A DNA stretch of 64,000 nucleotides from assembly GCA_963763715.1 (NCBI GenBank), contig CAVXPV010000020.1, forward strand, positions 78,124-142,123, read 5' to 3'. The first letter of the stretch is position 1; each line of letters begins with the position of its first letter. The translations under genes and the position numbers were made by a program. A model generated the notes under the pieces. That model made no database searches. It was not told the origin of the DNA and worked only from the letters and a program-made list of their open reading frames with translations. The stretch comes from an uncultured Solirubrobacterales bacterium (lineage in GTDB: Bacteria; Actinomycetota; Thermoleophilia; Solirubrobacterales; Solirubrobacteraceae). Below are positions 39,080 through 49,686 of this stretch, one piece after another.

Positions 39080-40063
39080 CTACTGGTGACCGGCGATCGC
39101 GTGAGGCTGGTAGAGCTCCTCGAGGCGCTCGATCTCGGCCGGCTCGAGCTCGAGTTGCTCGGCGGCGAGCGCGTCCTGCAGCTGGGGCAGCTTGGTGGCG
39201 CCGACGATCGGCGCGGTGACTCCGGGCCGGGCCAGCAGCCAGGCCAGCGAGACCTGCGCGGTTGGGACGCCGCGGGCGGCGGCGACCTCGTCGGCGCGCT
39301 CGATCACATCGAAGTCGACCTCCGGCGTGTACAGCGAGTCGCCGAAGCGGTCGTTCTGGGCGCGGCGCGTGAGCTTCTCGCCCTCGCGCGTGCGGTTGCC
39401 GGTCAGCATGCCGCGGGCGAGTGGGCTCCACGGGATCACCCCGACCCCCTCGTGGCGGCACAGCGGGAGCATCTCGCGCTCCTCCTCGCGGTAGATCAGG
39501 TTGTAGTGGTTCTGCATCGAGGCAAACGGTGTCCAACCGTGACGTCGCGCGGTCTCCTGAGCGGTCGCGAACTGCCACGCATACATGCTCGAGGCGCCGA
39601 TGTAGCGCGCCTTGCCGGACTTGATCACGTCGTGCAAGGCCTCCATCGTCTCGGCGATCGGGGTCCGCGGATCGAAGCGGTGGATCTGGTACAGGTCAAC
39701 GTAGTCCATGCCCAGCCGCGACAGCGAGGCGTCGATCGAGGCCATGATGTGCTTGCGGGACAATCCCGAGCCGTTCTCGCCCGCCATCGTGGGCATGAAC
39801 ACCTTGGTCGCCACGACGTACTCCTCGCGGTCGCCGAACAGCGTCGGAAGCACACGTCCGGTCACCACCTCGCTCGCGCCGCCGTTGTAGGCGTCGGCCG
39901 TGTCGAAGAAGGTGATGCCGGCCTCGGCGGCGGCCCGGATGATCGGCTCGGCCTCGGACTGCTCCAGCGCCCAGGGGCGGCTCTCGTGAGCGCCGTAGCT
40001 CATCATCCCCAGGCACACGCGCGAGACCCGCAGGCCGGTCGCGCCGAGATTGACGTAGTGCAT
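39080..40063 (-). CDS. Aldo/keto reductase
   Basis: CLGMMSYG, DTADAY, ATKV, DLYQIHR, PWSPLARG. Confidence 0.93.
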   Translation of the reverse strand: MHYVNLGATGLRVSRVCLGMMSYGAHESRPWALEQSEAEPIIRAAAEAGITFFDTADAYNGGASEVVTGRVLPTLFGDREEYVVATKVFMPTMAGENGSGLSRKHIMASIDASLSRLGMDYVDLYQIHRFDPRTPIAETMEALHDVIKSGKARYIGASSMYAWQFATAQETARRHGWTPFASMQNHYNLIYREEEREMLPLCRHEGVGVIPWSPLARGMLTGNRTREGEKLTRRAQNDRFGDSLYTPEVDFDVIERADEVAAARGVPTAQVSLAWLLARPGVTAPIVGATKLPQLQDALAAEQLELEPAEIERLEELYQPHAIAGHQ

Positions 40064-40180
40064 TGCTGCTCTCCCTGCTCGCGGGTCGGTGTCGCCTCCG
40101 GGTCCTCGGTGCGAGCCTAGTCAGGACGCTTGAGTCCAGCGCGTGGCGCCCGCTGCGTCACGCGACTACGCTGCAGGGCC

Positions 40181-41023
40181 ATGCCCTTCACCGCGCTCAT
40201 CACCGGAGCCTCGGCCGGCATCGGCGCGGCGACCGCCCGCCGGCTGGCCCGTGAGCCGGGCGTGCGACTGGTGCTCGTCGCCCGCCGCGAGGAGCAGTTG
40301 CAGGCCCTGGCCGACGAGCTCGGCGGCGCGACGGTGATCGCCGAGGACCTCACCGCCAAGGGCGCTCCCGCGCGAGTCCGCGAGATCATCGCGCGCGAGC
40401 ACGGCGAGCTTCACCTGCTCGTCAACAACGCCGGAGCCGCTTGGCGGGGACGCTTCGGCGAGACCGGCTGGGCCAACGTCAAGCGCCACATGAAGCTCGA
40501 CTTCGAGGCGCCGGTACGGCTCACCGAGGCCCTGCTGCCGCTGCTGCGAGCGACGGCGACCGCGGCCGCCGGCACGCCGGCGGCGCCGGGACTGGGCCCG
40601 GCGCCGGTCTCGATCGTCAACGTCGCCAGCACCGCCGCCCGCGTCTCGCGGCCCAACTCGGGCGCCTACTCGGCAGCGAAGTTCGCGCTCGCGGGCTGGA
40701 CGGACGCACTGCACGGCGAGGAGGCCGAGCATGGCGTCCACGTCGGACTCGTGCTCCCCGGGTTCGTGCGCACCGAGGGCTTTCCCGCCACCGAGCTGCT
40801 GGCCAAACGGGCCACCCGGTGGCTGGTCTCCGATCCGGCCGGGGTCGCCGAGGCGATCGTCGCCACCGGACCCGGCGGGGCGGCCGAGCGCTACGTACCA
40901 CGCTACTACTGGCTTGCCGCCGCGCTGCGGATCCTCGCACCGGCGCTGATCCGCCGCGCCACCGTGGGCGGCGGCCTGACCACGGCGACCAACGCCGACC
41001 CGTCGCAACCTACACCTCCGTAG
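40181..41023 (+). CDS. Short-chain dehydrogenase/reductase
   Basis: TGASAGIG, NNAG, YSAAK. Confidence 0.9.
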   Translation: MPFTALITGASAGIGAATARRLAREPGVRLVLVARREEQLQALADELGGATVIAEDLTAKGAPARVREIIAREHGELHLLVNNAGAAWRGRFGETGWANVKRHMKLDFEAPVRLTEALLPLLRATATAAAGTPAAPGLGPAPVSIVNVASTAARVSRPNSGAYSAAKFALAGWTDALHGEEAEHGVHVGLVLPGFVRTEGFPATELLAKRATRWLVSDPAGVAEAIVATGPGGAAERYVPRYYWLAAALRILAPALIRRATVGGGLTTATNADPSQPTPP

Positions 41024-41070
41024 TCAACTAACCTACCGAGGCGTAAATTCCGACGAGGAGCGAGCCCGAG

Positions 41071-42369
41071 ATGATCGAGACCACGCGCCGGGTGGCGGTT
41101 CTGGGCGGCAACCGGATCCCCTTCGCCCGCCAGAACGGCCCCTACGCCAAGGCGTCCAACCAGGACATGCTCACCACCGCGCTCGACGCGGTCGTCGAGC
41201 GCTTCGGACTCGGCGGCGAGACCGTCGGCGAGGTCGCGGCCGGTGCCGTGCTCAAGCACAGCCGCGATTTCAACCTCACGCGTGAAACCGTGCTCGGCTC
41301 GCGGCTGGCGCCCGAGACCCCGGCCTACGACGTCCAGCAGGCGTGCGGCACCGGCCTGGAGGCGGCCATCCTCGTGGCCAACAAGATCGCCCTTGGTCAG
41401 GTGCAGTGCGGGATCGCCGGCGGCGTGGACACCACCTCCGACGCACCGCTGGCCCTCAACGAGGACCTGCGTGAGTTGCTGCTCGAGGCCAGCCGGACGA
41501 AGTCCAACACCGCTCGCCTGCGCCTGCTGGCGCGGCTTCGGCCCCAGCAGCTCGTCCCCGAGATTCCGCGCAACTCCGAGCCGCGCACCGGCCTGTCGAT
41601 GGGCGAGCACACCGCGATCATGGCCCAGGAGTGGGGGATCGGCCGCGAGGAGCAGGACGAGCTCGCCGTCGTCAGCCACCACAAGCTCGCGGCGGCCTAC
41701 GACACAGGCTGGATGGATGATCTCGTCACCCCGTTCCTCGGCCTGGAGCGCGACCAGAACCTGCGCCCGGACTCCAGCCTGGAGAAGCTCTCCAAGCTCA
41801 AGCCGGCGTTCGGCGGTCCCGAGGGTACGATGACCGCGGGCAACTCGACGCCGCTCTCGGACGGGTCCTCGGCCGTGCTGCTGTCCACCGAGGCATGGGC
41901 CGACCGCCGCGGCGTCCCCGTGCAGGCCGTGTTCGTCGACGCGCAGACCGCCGCCGTCGATCACGTCCACAAGCGCGAGGGGCTGCTCATGGCCCCGGTC
42001 TATGCGGTGCCCACGCTGCTGGCGCGCAACGGGCTGACCCTGCAGGACTTTGACTTCTATGAGATCCACGAGGCGTTCGCCGCTCAGGTCCTGTGCACGC
42101 TGCGCGCGTGGGAGGACCCGGTGTTCTGCCGCGAGCGGCTCGGACTCGACGCGCCGCTGGGCGCGATCGACCGCGACAAGCTCAATGTCCACGGTGGCTC
42201 GCTCGGCGCCGGCCATCCGTTCGGGGCTACCGGTGGGCGGATCGTCGCCTCGCTGGCCAAGACGCTGCATGAATCAGACCCCGAGCGCCCGGCCCGCGGC
42301 CTGATCTCGATCTGTGCCGCCGGCGGCCTCGGCGTCACCGCGATCCTGGAGGCACGCACCAATGGCTGA
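41071..42369 (+). CDS. Acetyl-CoA C-acyltransferase (thiolase, FadA2-like)
   Basis: QQACGTG, EIHEAFA, GHPFGATG, ICAAGG; AGGAG RBS. Confidence 0.93.
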   Translation: MIETTRRVAVLGGNRIPFARQNGPYAKASNQDMLTTALDAVVERFGLGGETVGEVAAGAVLKHSRDFNLTRETVLGSRLAPETPAYDVQQACGTGLEAAILVANKIALGQVQCGIAGGVDTTSDAPLALNEDLRELLLEASRTKSNTARLRLLARLRPQQLVPEIPRNSEPRTGLSMGEHTAIMAQEWGIGREEQDELAVVSHHKLAAAYDTGWMDDLVTPFLGLERDQNLRPDSSLEKLSKLKPAFGGPEGTMTAGNSTPLSDGSSAVLLSTEAWADRRGVPVQAVFVDAQTAAVDHVHKREGLLMAPVYAVPTLLARNGLTLQDFDFYEIHEAFAAQVLCTLRAWEDPVFCRERLGLDAPLGAIDRDKLNVHGGSLGAGHPFGATGGRIVASLAKTLHESDPERPARGLISICAAGGLGVTAILEARTNG

Positions 42370-43774
42370 TCGTTACGCACAGCTCGTCAACACCCCGATC
42401 GGCAAGCTCGTCGCCAAGCAGGTCGGGTTGCCCAACCCGCCGACGTTGGAGCGCTACACCCCCGGCCAGCCGGTCATCTCCGGCCCGGTCCTGCTCGGCG
42501 CCGCCGCCGGCTCGCGGCTGGCCGGTCCGCTGGCCGCGGCGCTGGCCTCGGTCGACGCCGAGCTGGTCACGGCAATGGATGAGACGCTGCGCACTGCGGT
42601 CGCCGACGCGGGCCACGACGCGGCGATCTTCAATCCCGACGCCGCGCCCGCCAGTCAGCGCTTCAAGGCGCTCGTGTTCGACGCCACCGGGATCGGGTCC
42701 AGCGAGGAGCTGACCGAGGCCTGGGCGTTTCTGCACCCGGCCATCCGTCGGGTGCTGCGCTGCTCACGGGTGATCGTGCTCGGCACTCCGCCGGAGGACT
42801 GCACGGTGCCCGCCCAGGCTGTCGCCCAGCGCGCCCTGGAGGGGCTGACCCGGGCCGTCGGCAAGGAGATCCGCAACGGCGGCACCGCCCAGCTGGTCTA
42901 CGTCCGCCCCGGGGGTGAGGACGAGCTTCAGTCCACGCTGCGCTTCCTGCTCTCACCCAAGTCGGCGTTCGTGTCCGGCCAGGTCGTACGCATCGGCCCC
43001 TCGGTCAGCAAGCAGGTGCCGACGATCGAGCCCGAGGTGCCACTGGCCGGCAAGGTCGCGTTGGTGACCGGAGCCGCGCGCGGGATCGGCGCCGCGATCG
43101 CCGAGGTCCTGGCTCGTGACGGCGCGCACGTCGTCGGGCTCGACATCCCGCAGTCCAGCGATGAGCTGACGGCCGGCATGGACGCGATCGGGGGCTCGGT
43201 GCTGGCCCTCGACATCACCGCCGATGACGCTCCCGCCCAGATCGCCTCTCACCTGCTCGAGTTCCACCAGGGCGTCGACGTCGTCGTGCACAACGCCGGG
43301 GTGACCCGGGACAAGACGTTGGGCCGGATGAGCGCGGAGCTGTGGGACCTGGTGATCGCCATCAACCTGGCGGCGCCCCAGCGGATCGACAAGGAGCTGT
43401 TCGCGCGCGAGGCGGTGCGCGACAACGGACGCATCGTCTGCGTCTCCTCGATCAGCGGGATCGCCGGCAACGCGGGCCAGACCAACTACTCGACCTCCAA
43501 GGCCGGGGTGATCGGGCTCGTCCAGGAGTTCGCGCCCGCGCTGGCCAAACGTGGCGTCACGATCAACGCGGTCGCGCCGGGCTTCATCGAGACCCAGATG
43601 ACCGCCGCGATGCCGATCGGCACCCGGGAGGCGGGACGGCGGCTCAACAGCCTCTCGCAGGGCGGTCTGCCCGTGGACGTCGCCGAGACGATCGCCTGGT
43701 TTGCCAGTCCCGCCTCGCGCGGGGTGACCGGCAACGTCGTCCGCGTCTGCGGCCAGAGCCTGCTGGGGGCGTGA
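42362..43774 (+). CDS. Two-domain 3-oxoacyl-ACP/CoA reductase (FabG4-like)
   Basis: N-terminal extra domain with VFDATG, then TGAARGIG, HNAG, NYSTSK, RVCGQSLLGA. Confidence 0.9.
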   Translation: MADRYAQLVNTPIGKLVAKQVGLPNPPTLERYTPGQPVISGPVLLGAAAGSRLAGPLAAALASVDAELVTAMDETLRTAVADAGHDAAIFNPDAAPASQRFKALVFDATGIGSSEELTEAWAFLHPAIRRVLRCSRVIVLGTPPEDCTVPAQAVAQRALEGLTRAVGKEIRNGGTAQLVYVRPGGEDELQSTLRFLLSPKSAFVSGQVVRIGPSVSKQVPTIEPEVPLAGKVALVTGAARGIGAAIAEVLARDGAHVVGLDIPQSSDELTAGMDAIGGSVLALDITADDAPAQIASHLLEFHQGVDVVVHNAGVTRDKTLGRMSAELWDLVIAINLAAPQRIDKELFAREAVRDNGRIVCVSSISGIAGNAGQTNYSTSKAGVIGLVQEFAPALAKRGVTINAVAPGFIETQMTAAMPIGTREAGRRLNSLSQGGLPVDVAETIAWFASPASRGVTGNVVRVCGQSLLGA

Positions 43775-44703
43775 TGGCTGAGCACCAACTGAGCACCGAC
43801 CGAGAGCTCAACGCATCCCCGCGGATGCTGCCGCTGTTCGCCCGCGCGGGGCTGGCGATGGTCCCGGGGGCGTCCCGGCTGCCGTTTGTCGGCGGCGGCG
43901 GTGGCGAGGTCCCGGCGCAGACCCTCGCACTCAGCGTCGACACGGACCGGGACCGTCTCGCCGCCTATGACCGGGTGTGCGGGTTTCCCGTCTCCGACAC
44001 CGTGCCGCTGACGTGGCCGCACATGCTCGCCTTCCCACTGCACCTGGCGCTGATCAGTTCCGGGGACTTCCCGCTGCCGGCGATCGGTCTCGTGCACATC
44101 ACCAACCGGATCGTCTCCCACCGTCCGATCAGCGCAGGCGAGACGCTGGACCTGCGCGTCTGGGCGGGGCCGCTGACCGCCCATCCACGCGGGACGCAGT
44201 TCGCGATCCACACCGAGGCTCGGGCCGGCGGTGAGCTGGTCTGGGAGGAGGTGTCGGTCAACCTGCGCCGCGGTCGGCCTCCCGCGCAGGCCGGCGAGTC
44301 CGACCCGGCCGGTGAGACCGCCCCGGCCTCCGGGATTGACCCACCCTCCAGCGCGGGCCTGCCGATGAGCGCCACCTGGCGGCTGCCGGGTGACCTCGGT
44401 CGCCGCTATGGCGCCGTCTCCGGTGACCTCAATCCGATCCACGTGCATCCGCTGACCGCCCGACTGTTCGGTTTCCCCTCGGCGATCGCGCACGGGATGT
44501 GGACCGCAGCTCGGTGTCTGGCCGCGATCCACCCCCTGCGTCACGACGCGGTCACCGCGGAAGTCGCGTTCAAGCGCCCGATCCTGCTGCCGGCGACGGT
44601 CGCCTTCGCCGAGGCCCGCCGGCCGGGCGAGCTGCGCTTCGGCGTGCGCGACGCCAAGCGCGACACCCCGCATCTGGATGGCCTGATCACCTACGCCGCG
44701 TAG
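43774..44703 (+). CDS. MaoC-like (R)-hydroxyacyl dehydratase (HtdX-like)
   Basis: SGDLNPIH and AIAHGMW; TGATG overlap with the upstream gene. Confidence 0.88.
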   Translation: MAEHQLSTDRELNASPRMLPLFARAGLAMVPGASRLPFVGGGGGEVPAQTLALSVDTDRDRLAAYDRVCGFPVSDTVPLTWPHMLAFPLHLALISSGDFPLPAIGLVHITNRIVSHRPISAGETLDLRVWAGPLTAHPRGTQFAIHTEARAGGELVWEEVSVNLRRGRPPAQAGESDPAGETAPASGIDPPSSAGLPMSATWRLPGDLGRRYGAVSGDLNPIHVHPLTARLFGFPSAIAHGMWTAARCLAAIHPLRHDAVTAEVAFKRPILLPATVAFAEARRPGELRFGVRDAKRDTPHLDGLITYAA

Positions 44704-44765
44704 GTGGTTACCAGCCCGGTCGCCGCGTGGCCGCGGCCTCGACCATCTCGGCGCCGGGCGCGGCC

Positions 44766-45269
44766 TCAGCCGCCCGGGGGCTCGTCCGCGTAGGAGATGA
44801 ACAGCGCCGCGAGCCGGTCAAGCACCGCGGCGGCGGTCAGGAGCTCGTCGTCGGAGAAGTCGGCCAGCGCAGCGTCCCAGCGGGGCTGCAGGCGCGCGCG
44901 GCGGTCAGCGATCAGCCGGCCGCCGGGCTCGGTCAGCGCGACGAGAACGACGCGCTTGTCCCGGTCAGACCGGATCCGGGTGACGAACCCCGCCTGCTCG
45001 AGGTGATCGAGCATCTGGGTGACCGTCGCGGGGCTCAGCTCGGCGAGCGTCGCGAGCCGGCTGGTGGACAGCTCCGGCTCGGCGGCCAGTCCGAACAGGA
45101 GGCTGTACTGGGCGTAGCTGAGCTCGCCCTGCCCCTGACTCTCCCGCCCGCGCAGGCGACGCACGGCGGCCATCACGGCCTTGAACGAGTGGCCGAGCCG
45201 CTCGCGGGCAGGCAGCTCGGTGGCCGCCGGGGGGGAGAGGCCGGCCGCCAGGTCCGCCGTCGTGTTCAT
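44766..45269 (-). CDS. MarR-family regulator
   Basis: LSPATVTQMLDHLEQAGFVTRIRSDRDKRVVLVALT; ATGA overlap with the MFS gene. Confidence 0.9.
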   Translation of the reverse strand: MNTTADLAAGLSPPAATELPARERLGHSFKAVMAAVRRLRGRESQGQGELSYAQYSLLFGLAAEPELSTSRLATLAELSPATVTQMLDHLEQAGFVTRIRSDRDKRVVLVALTEPGGRLIADRRARLQPRWDAALADFSDDELLTAAAVLDRLAALFISYADEPPGG

Positions 45270-46717
45270 GCCGCCACCGCCTCGGCCAGCACCTCGTCGG
45301 GCACCGCCTCGGCTGTTCCACGCTGCCGCGCCGCTTGCTCGGCCCGCACCAGGATCAGCGCGGGGATGATGGCCAGCGCCGTCAGCCCCGCCGCGGCCCA
45401 GAACGCGGTGCCGTAGGCCCCGGCGGCATCCGACAGCGAGTGGGCGCCCGCGAGCGAGCGCTGCAGGATGACCGCCAGCACCGCGGTCCCGATCGAGCCG
45501 CCGACGCGCTGGAGCACGTTGAGCTGCGGCGTGGCGTCGGAGAGCTCGGAGCGCTTCAGCGAGGCGAACGCGGCCGACATCGCGGGCATGAAGGCGAAGC
45601 CGATCCCGAACCCGCGCACGAGCATCGCGATGCTCAGCCAGATGATCGACGTGTGGGCGCCGATCAGGCCGAACGGGATCGTGGCCACCGTGCACAGCGT
45701 GACGCCGAGCAGCGTGAGCGGGCCGCCGCCGTAACGATCGGTCAGGCGGCCGGCGATCGGCATGACGAGGGCGGCCCCGAGCCCCTGCGGCGCGGTCAGC
45801 AGACCGGTGACCACGACGGACTCGTGCCGGATCGTCTGCCAGTACAGCGGCAGCAGGATCATGCCCCCGAACAGCGCCGCACCGACGCAGAACATCGTCA
45901 CCGAGGCGGTGGAGAAGGTCGGGCGCCGGTACAGGCGTAGGTCCAGCAATGGCCGCCGCACCCGCAGGGCGTGGCGGGCGAAGGCGGCGACGAGCAGCAG
46001 GCCGCCGACCAGCGGGCCGAGCACCTTGACCGCGGTGAAGCTCCCGGTCTGGCCGACCTCGGCGAGGCCGTAGGTGATCAGCGGCAGGCCGGCGGCCATG
46101 AGCAGGAAGCCGACGTAATCCAGGCTCTCGGTCTTCTGACGCGCGACCGTGGGCAGGACCCGCCAGGCCGCGATCACCGCGATCACCCCGATCGGGAGGT
46201 TGACGAAGAAGATCCAGCGCCAGGTCGTGTTGTCCAGGATCAGGCCGCCGATCGTCGGCCCGAGGATCGGGGCGAGCATCGCGGGCACGGCGACGATGCT
46301 CATCACCCGGCCCATCCGCTTGGGCCCGGCCGCCTCGGCCATCATCAGCTGGCCGATGGGCAGGATCATGCCGCCCCCGACCCCCTGCAGGACGCGGAAG
46401 GCGATCAGCTCCGTGCTCGAGGTGGCAAAGCCGCACAGGGCGGAGCCAGCGACGAACAGTACGAGCGAGGTCAGGTAGACCGGCTTGGCGCCGAACCGGC
46501 GCGCGGCCCAGCCGGTGACGGGGATGACCGCAGCCAGCGACAGCATGTAGCCCGTCACCACCCACTGGATGTTGGCGATCGAGGCATGCAGTTCACGGCC
46601 CAGGGTGTCGAGGGCGACGTTCACGATCGTGGTGTCGAGGATCGACATGATCGACCCGACGATCACCACGGCACTGATCACCCAGACGTGGCGGGGGATG
46701 CGGTCGTCGTCGTTCAC
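45266..46717 (-). CDS. DHA2 (EmrB/QacA) MFS efflux transporter
   Basis: LDTTIVNVAL, QWVVTGY, RVLQGVGGG, WRWIFFVNLPIG. Confidence 0.93.
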   Translation of the reverse strand: MNDDDRIPRHVWVISAVVIVGSIMSILDTTIVNVALDTLGRELHASIANIQWVVTGYMLSLAAVIPVTGWAARRFGAKPVYLTSLVLFVAGSALCGFATSSTELIAFRVLQGVGGGMILPIGQLMMAEAAGPKRMGRVMSIVAVPAMLAPILGPTIGGLILDNTTWRWIFFVNLPIGVIAVIAAWRVLPTVARQKTESLDYVGFLLMAAGLPLITYGLAEVGQTGSFTAVKVLGPLVGGLLLVAAFARHALRVRRPLLDLRLYRRPTFSTASVTMFCVGAALFGGMILLPLYWQTIRHESVVVTGLLTAPQGLGAALVMPIAGRLTDRYGGGPLTLLGVTLCTVATIPFGLIGAHTSIIWLSIAMLVRGFGIGFAFMPAMSAAFASLKRSELSDATPQLNVLQRVGGSIGTAVLAVILQRSLAGAHSLSDAAGAYGTAFWAAAGLTALAIIPALILVRAEQAARQRGTAEAVPDEVLAEAVAA

Positions 46718-46859
46718 AGCTCGTCTCCATAAATCGTCAGGTACCGAATCATTCGGCGCCTAACGATAGCAATCGCGCGGTGCCAACGGCACGGGCGACT
46801 GCCTGAAGGGAGTGACCGCAGGCCATCGGAGGGCTCCGGCCGTCTATCTTCAAGGGTTA

Positions 46860-48305
46860 GTGACCACTTTTGCCGATCTCGGTCTCTCCGATGACATCCT
46901 CGAGGCCGTCCACGGCGTCGGCTATGACTCGCCGAGCCCGATCCAGGAGCAGACGATCCCGCTGCTGCTCGAAGGCCGTGATGTCATCGGTCAGGCGCAG
47001 ACCGGTTCGGGTAAGACAGCCGCGTTCGGGCTGCCGATGCTGCAGTACGTCGACCCGACCGAGCATGAGGTCCAGGGCCTGGTCCTGACGCCGACCCGGG
47101 AGCTGTGCATCCAGGTGACCCAAGCCCTGCGCACCTACGGCGCAAAGCGGGGCGTCGACGTCGTGGCCGTTTTCGGCGGAGCGCCGATCCGCAGCCAGCA
47201 ATCGCAGTTGCGGGCGGGCGGCCATGTCGTGGTCGGGACCGTTGGCCGGGTCAAGGACCTGATCTCGCGCCACTCCCTGATGCTGCACTCCTGCCGCTTC
47301 GTCGTGCTTGACGAGGCCGACGAGATGCTCGATCTCGGCTTCCTGGAGGACGTCGAGAAGATCCTTTCGCTGACCCCCTCCAGCCGCCAGACCGCGCTGT
47401 TCTCGGCCACGATGCCGCCGGAGATCCGTCGTCTTGCCGACCAGTACCTGTATGACCCGCAGACGATCAAGGTCAAGTCCGCGACGCTGACCGTGGACAC
47501 CGTGGAGCAGTTCGCGCTCGAGGTATCGTCACGTGACAAGAACGAGGCCCTCGTCAACGTGCTCGAGGCCGAACGCCCGGAGCAGGCGCTCGTGTTCGCG
47601 CGCACGAAGATCCGGACCGATCAGCTCTACCGCACGCTGCGCGACCGCGGCATGAACGTTCGGGCGCTGCACGGGGACATGACCCAGGGCGCGCGTGACG
47701 GCGTGATGATCTCCTTCAAGAGCGGCCGAGTACCGCTGCTGGTGGCCACTGACGTCGCCGCTCGCGGACTCGACATCTCGGGGATCTCGCACGTGATCAA
47801 CTTCGACGTCCCCACTTCGCCCGACGTCTACGTGCACCGGATCGGCCGTACCGGGCGCGTCGGTCGCAGCGGGCGTGCGATCACCTTCTACGAGCCCCGC
47901 CAGGCGCGCGAGGTGCAGGCGATCGAGAGCCACGCCGGAGTCAAGCTCTCGCCCTGGGTCAAGGACGCCCGGGTGGCGCCGACCCCCGTGATCGCTCCGC
48001 CCAAGCGGCACTCCAAGCCGAGCGATTCCACCCCGCGCGAGGCGCCGGTCGCCCCCAACGGCGATGGCCGCTACCGCAAGCTGATCGTCTCCGGTGGACG
48101 CGCGGCCGGGATCGAGCCCTCGGACATCATCGGCGCGATCCGCGCCGCGAGCCGGCTCGACGGTGAGGCAGTGCGCAACGTGCGCGTGCTCGAGCATTTC
48201 GCGTTTGTCGAGGTGCCCGGTGACGACGCCGAGCGCGTCGTGCGCGAGACCGGTGGCACCGAGGTCCGCGGCCAGGTGCTGCGCCTCGAGCTCGCTCGCG
48301 GCTGA
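46860..48305 (+). CDS. DEAD-box RNA helicase with DbpA-type RNA-binding domain
   Basis: AQTGSGKT, PTREL, DEAD, SAT, HRIGRTGR; C-terminal SDIIGAI..FAFVEV. Confidence 0.95.
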   Translation: MTTFADLGLSDDILEAVHGVGYDSPSPIQEQTIPLLLEGRDVIGQAQTGSGKTAAFGLPMLQYVDPTEHEVQGLVLTPTRELCIQVTQALRTYGAKRGVDVVAVFGGAPIRSQQSQLRAGGHVVVGTVGRVKDLISRHSLMLHSCRFVVLDEADEMLDLGFLEDVEKILSLTPSSRQTALFSATMPPEIRRLADQYLYDPQTIKVKSATLTVDTVEQFALEVSSRDKNEALVNVLEAERPEQALVFARTKIRTDQLYRTLRDRGMNVRALHGDMTQGARDGVMISFKSGRVPLLVATDVAARGLDISGISHVINFDVPTSPDVYVHRIGRTGRVGRSGRAITFYEPRQAREVQAIESHAGVKLSPWVKDARVAPTPVIAPPKRHSKPSDSTPREAPVAPNGDGRYRKLIVSGGRAAGIEPSDIIGAIRAASRLDGEAVRNVRVLEHFAFVEVPGDDAERVVRETGGTEVRGQVLRLELARG

Positions 48306-48412
48306 GCGGGCGTCGTCAGAGCTCGGACCCGGTCGCCGTCAGGTCCGCGTCAACGATCACGGTGAGCGCCGCGACTTCGCCGCTGGTCAGTGGTTGAAAG
48401 GGGAAAGCCCGC

Positions 48413-49114
48413 ATGCGGGGCCGATCCAACCCGGGAGGTCATCCCTTGCGACTTCGCTCGCTCACCCGTCGTCGTCCATCGGCGGCACTCGTCATCGCCA
48501 GTCTCGCCTTATTCGTCTCGCTCGGTGGCGTCGGCTATGCCGCCGCCACCCTGTCGCACAACAGTGTCGGTGGCTACCAGCTGCGTGATGGCAGCGTGTC
48601 CTACAAGAAGATCGTTCCCGGGGCGGTCGGTATCGTGCGCGCCAACACCGGCCAGCTCCAGGCCCGCGTCAGCGGTTCGTGCGCCAATGGCAGCGCGATC
48701 GGCGCCGTGGACCGCGCCGGCAAGGTGACTTGCAATCCGGCGCTGCCCTCGGAGTTCGCGACCGGCGGCACCCAGACGGTCACCACCAGTTCGACCTCGG
48801 TGGCCACCCTCGGGCTGCCCAGCGGCGCCTCCTATCTGGCGTTGGCCAATCCGACCGCAGACGTCAAGGGCACGAGCACCGGAACGGCCACGATCACCTG
48901 CAGCCTCAGTGACGGTGCCAACAGCCAGACCCGCTCGGCCACCGTGGACACGGACGCTGCGGGCACGACCAAGTCGGTCTCGATCCCGCTCCAGGTTGCC
49001 GGCCCCGCCGGCTCGGCCGGCGTCAGCTGTCAGACCACCGGCACCGGCGCGACGGTACCGATGGTCCGAGTCACGACGGCGATCAATGCGCTGCAGACCT
49101 CGAGCAACAACTAG
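48413..49114 (+). CDS. Secreted hypothetical protein
   Basis: Signal PSAALVIASLALFVSLGGVGYAA; Ser/Thr-rich beta region with paired Cys. Confidence 0.7.
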   Translation: MRGRSNPGGHPLRLRSLTRRRPSAALVIASLALFVSLGGVGYAAATLSHNSVGGYQLRDGSVSYKKIVPGAVGIVRANTGQLQARVSGSCANGSAIGAVDRAGKVTCNPALPSEFATGGTQTVTTSSTSVATLGLPSGASYLALANPTADVKGTSTGTATITCSLSDGANSQTRSATVDTDAAGTTKSVSIPLQVAGPAGSAGVSCQTTGTGATVPMVRVTTAINALQTSSNN

Positions 49115-49186
49115 GCCGGGGGCGGGGCTCGTGCGGGCGCGGGAAAAGGGGGTGGAACGACCGGCCAACCTGGGTAGTACCCGGTC

Positions 49187-49648
49187 ATGTCTACAGCCAA
49201 TATGAACACCACGCTCGGGACGATCGCGCTCGAGCTCTTTGATGATGATGCGCCCAAAACGGTGGCCAACTTCCGCAAGCTGGCCGGAGACGGTTACTAC
49301 GACGGTCTCATTTTCCACCGGATAATCCCGGATTTCATGATCCAGGGAGGGTGTCCCAACGGCACTGGCACGGGTGGCCCGGGATACACCTTCGAGGACG
49401 AGTTCAACGACCACAAGGTGGTGCGCGGCGCCTTGGCCATGGCCAACGCCGGGCCCAACACCAACGGCTCGCAGTTCTTCATCGTTACCGCGGCCAGCGC
49501 CCCGTGGCTTGACGGCCGCCACACCGTGTTCGGTGAGGTGACCGCGGGAATGGACGCCATCGATGCCATCGAGGGTCTCCCCACGGGCGCCCAGGACCGG
49601 CCGGTCGATCCTCCGTCGATCGAGTCGATCGTGCTCGACCCCCGGTAG
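49187..49648 (+). CDS. Cyclophilin-type peptidylprolyl isomerase
   Basis: [32 protein letters not shown]. Confidence 0.96.
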   Translation: MSTANMNTTLGTIALELFDDDAPKTVANFRKLAGDGYYDGLIFHRIIPDFMIQGGCPNGTGTGGPGYTFEDEFNDHKVVRGALAMANAGPNTNGSQFFIVTAASAPWLDGRHTVFGEVTAGMDAIDAIEGLPTGAQDRPVDPPSIESIVLDPR

Positions 49649-49686
49649 CCTTCGGGTTTCCGGATCTACGCCGCAGGAGGAGACCA

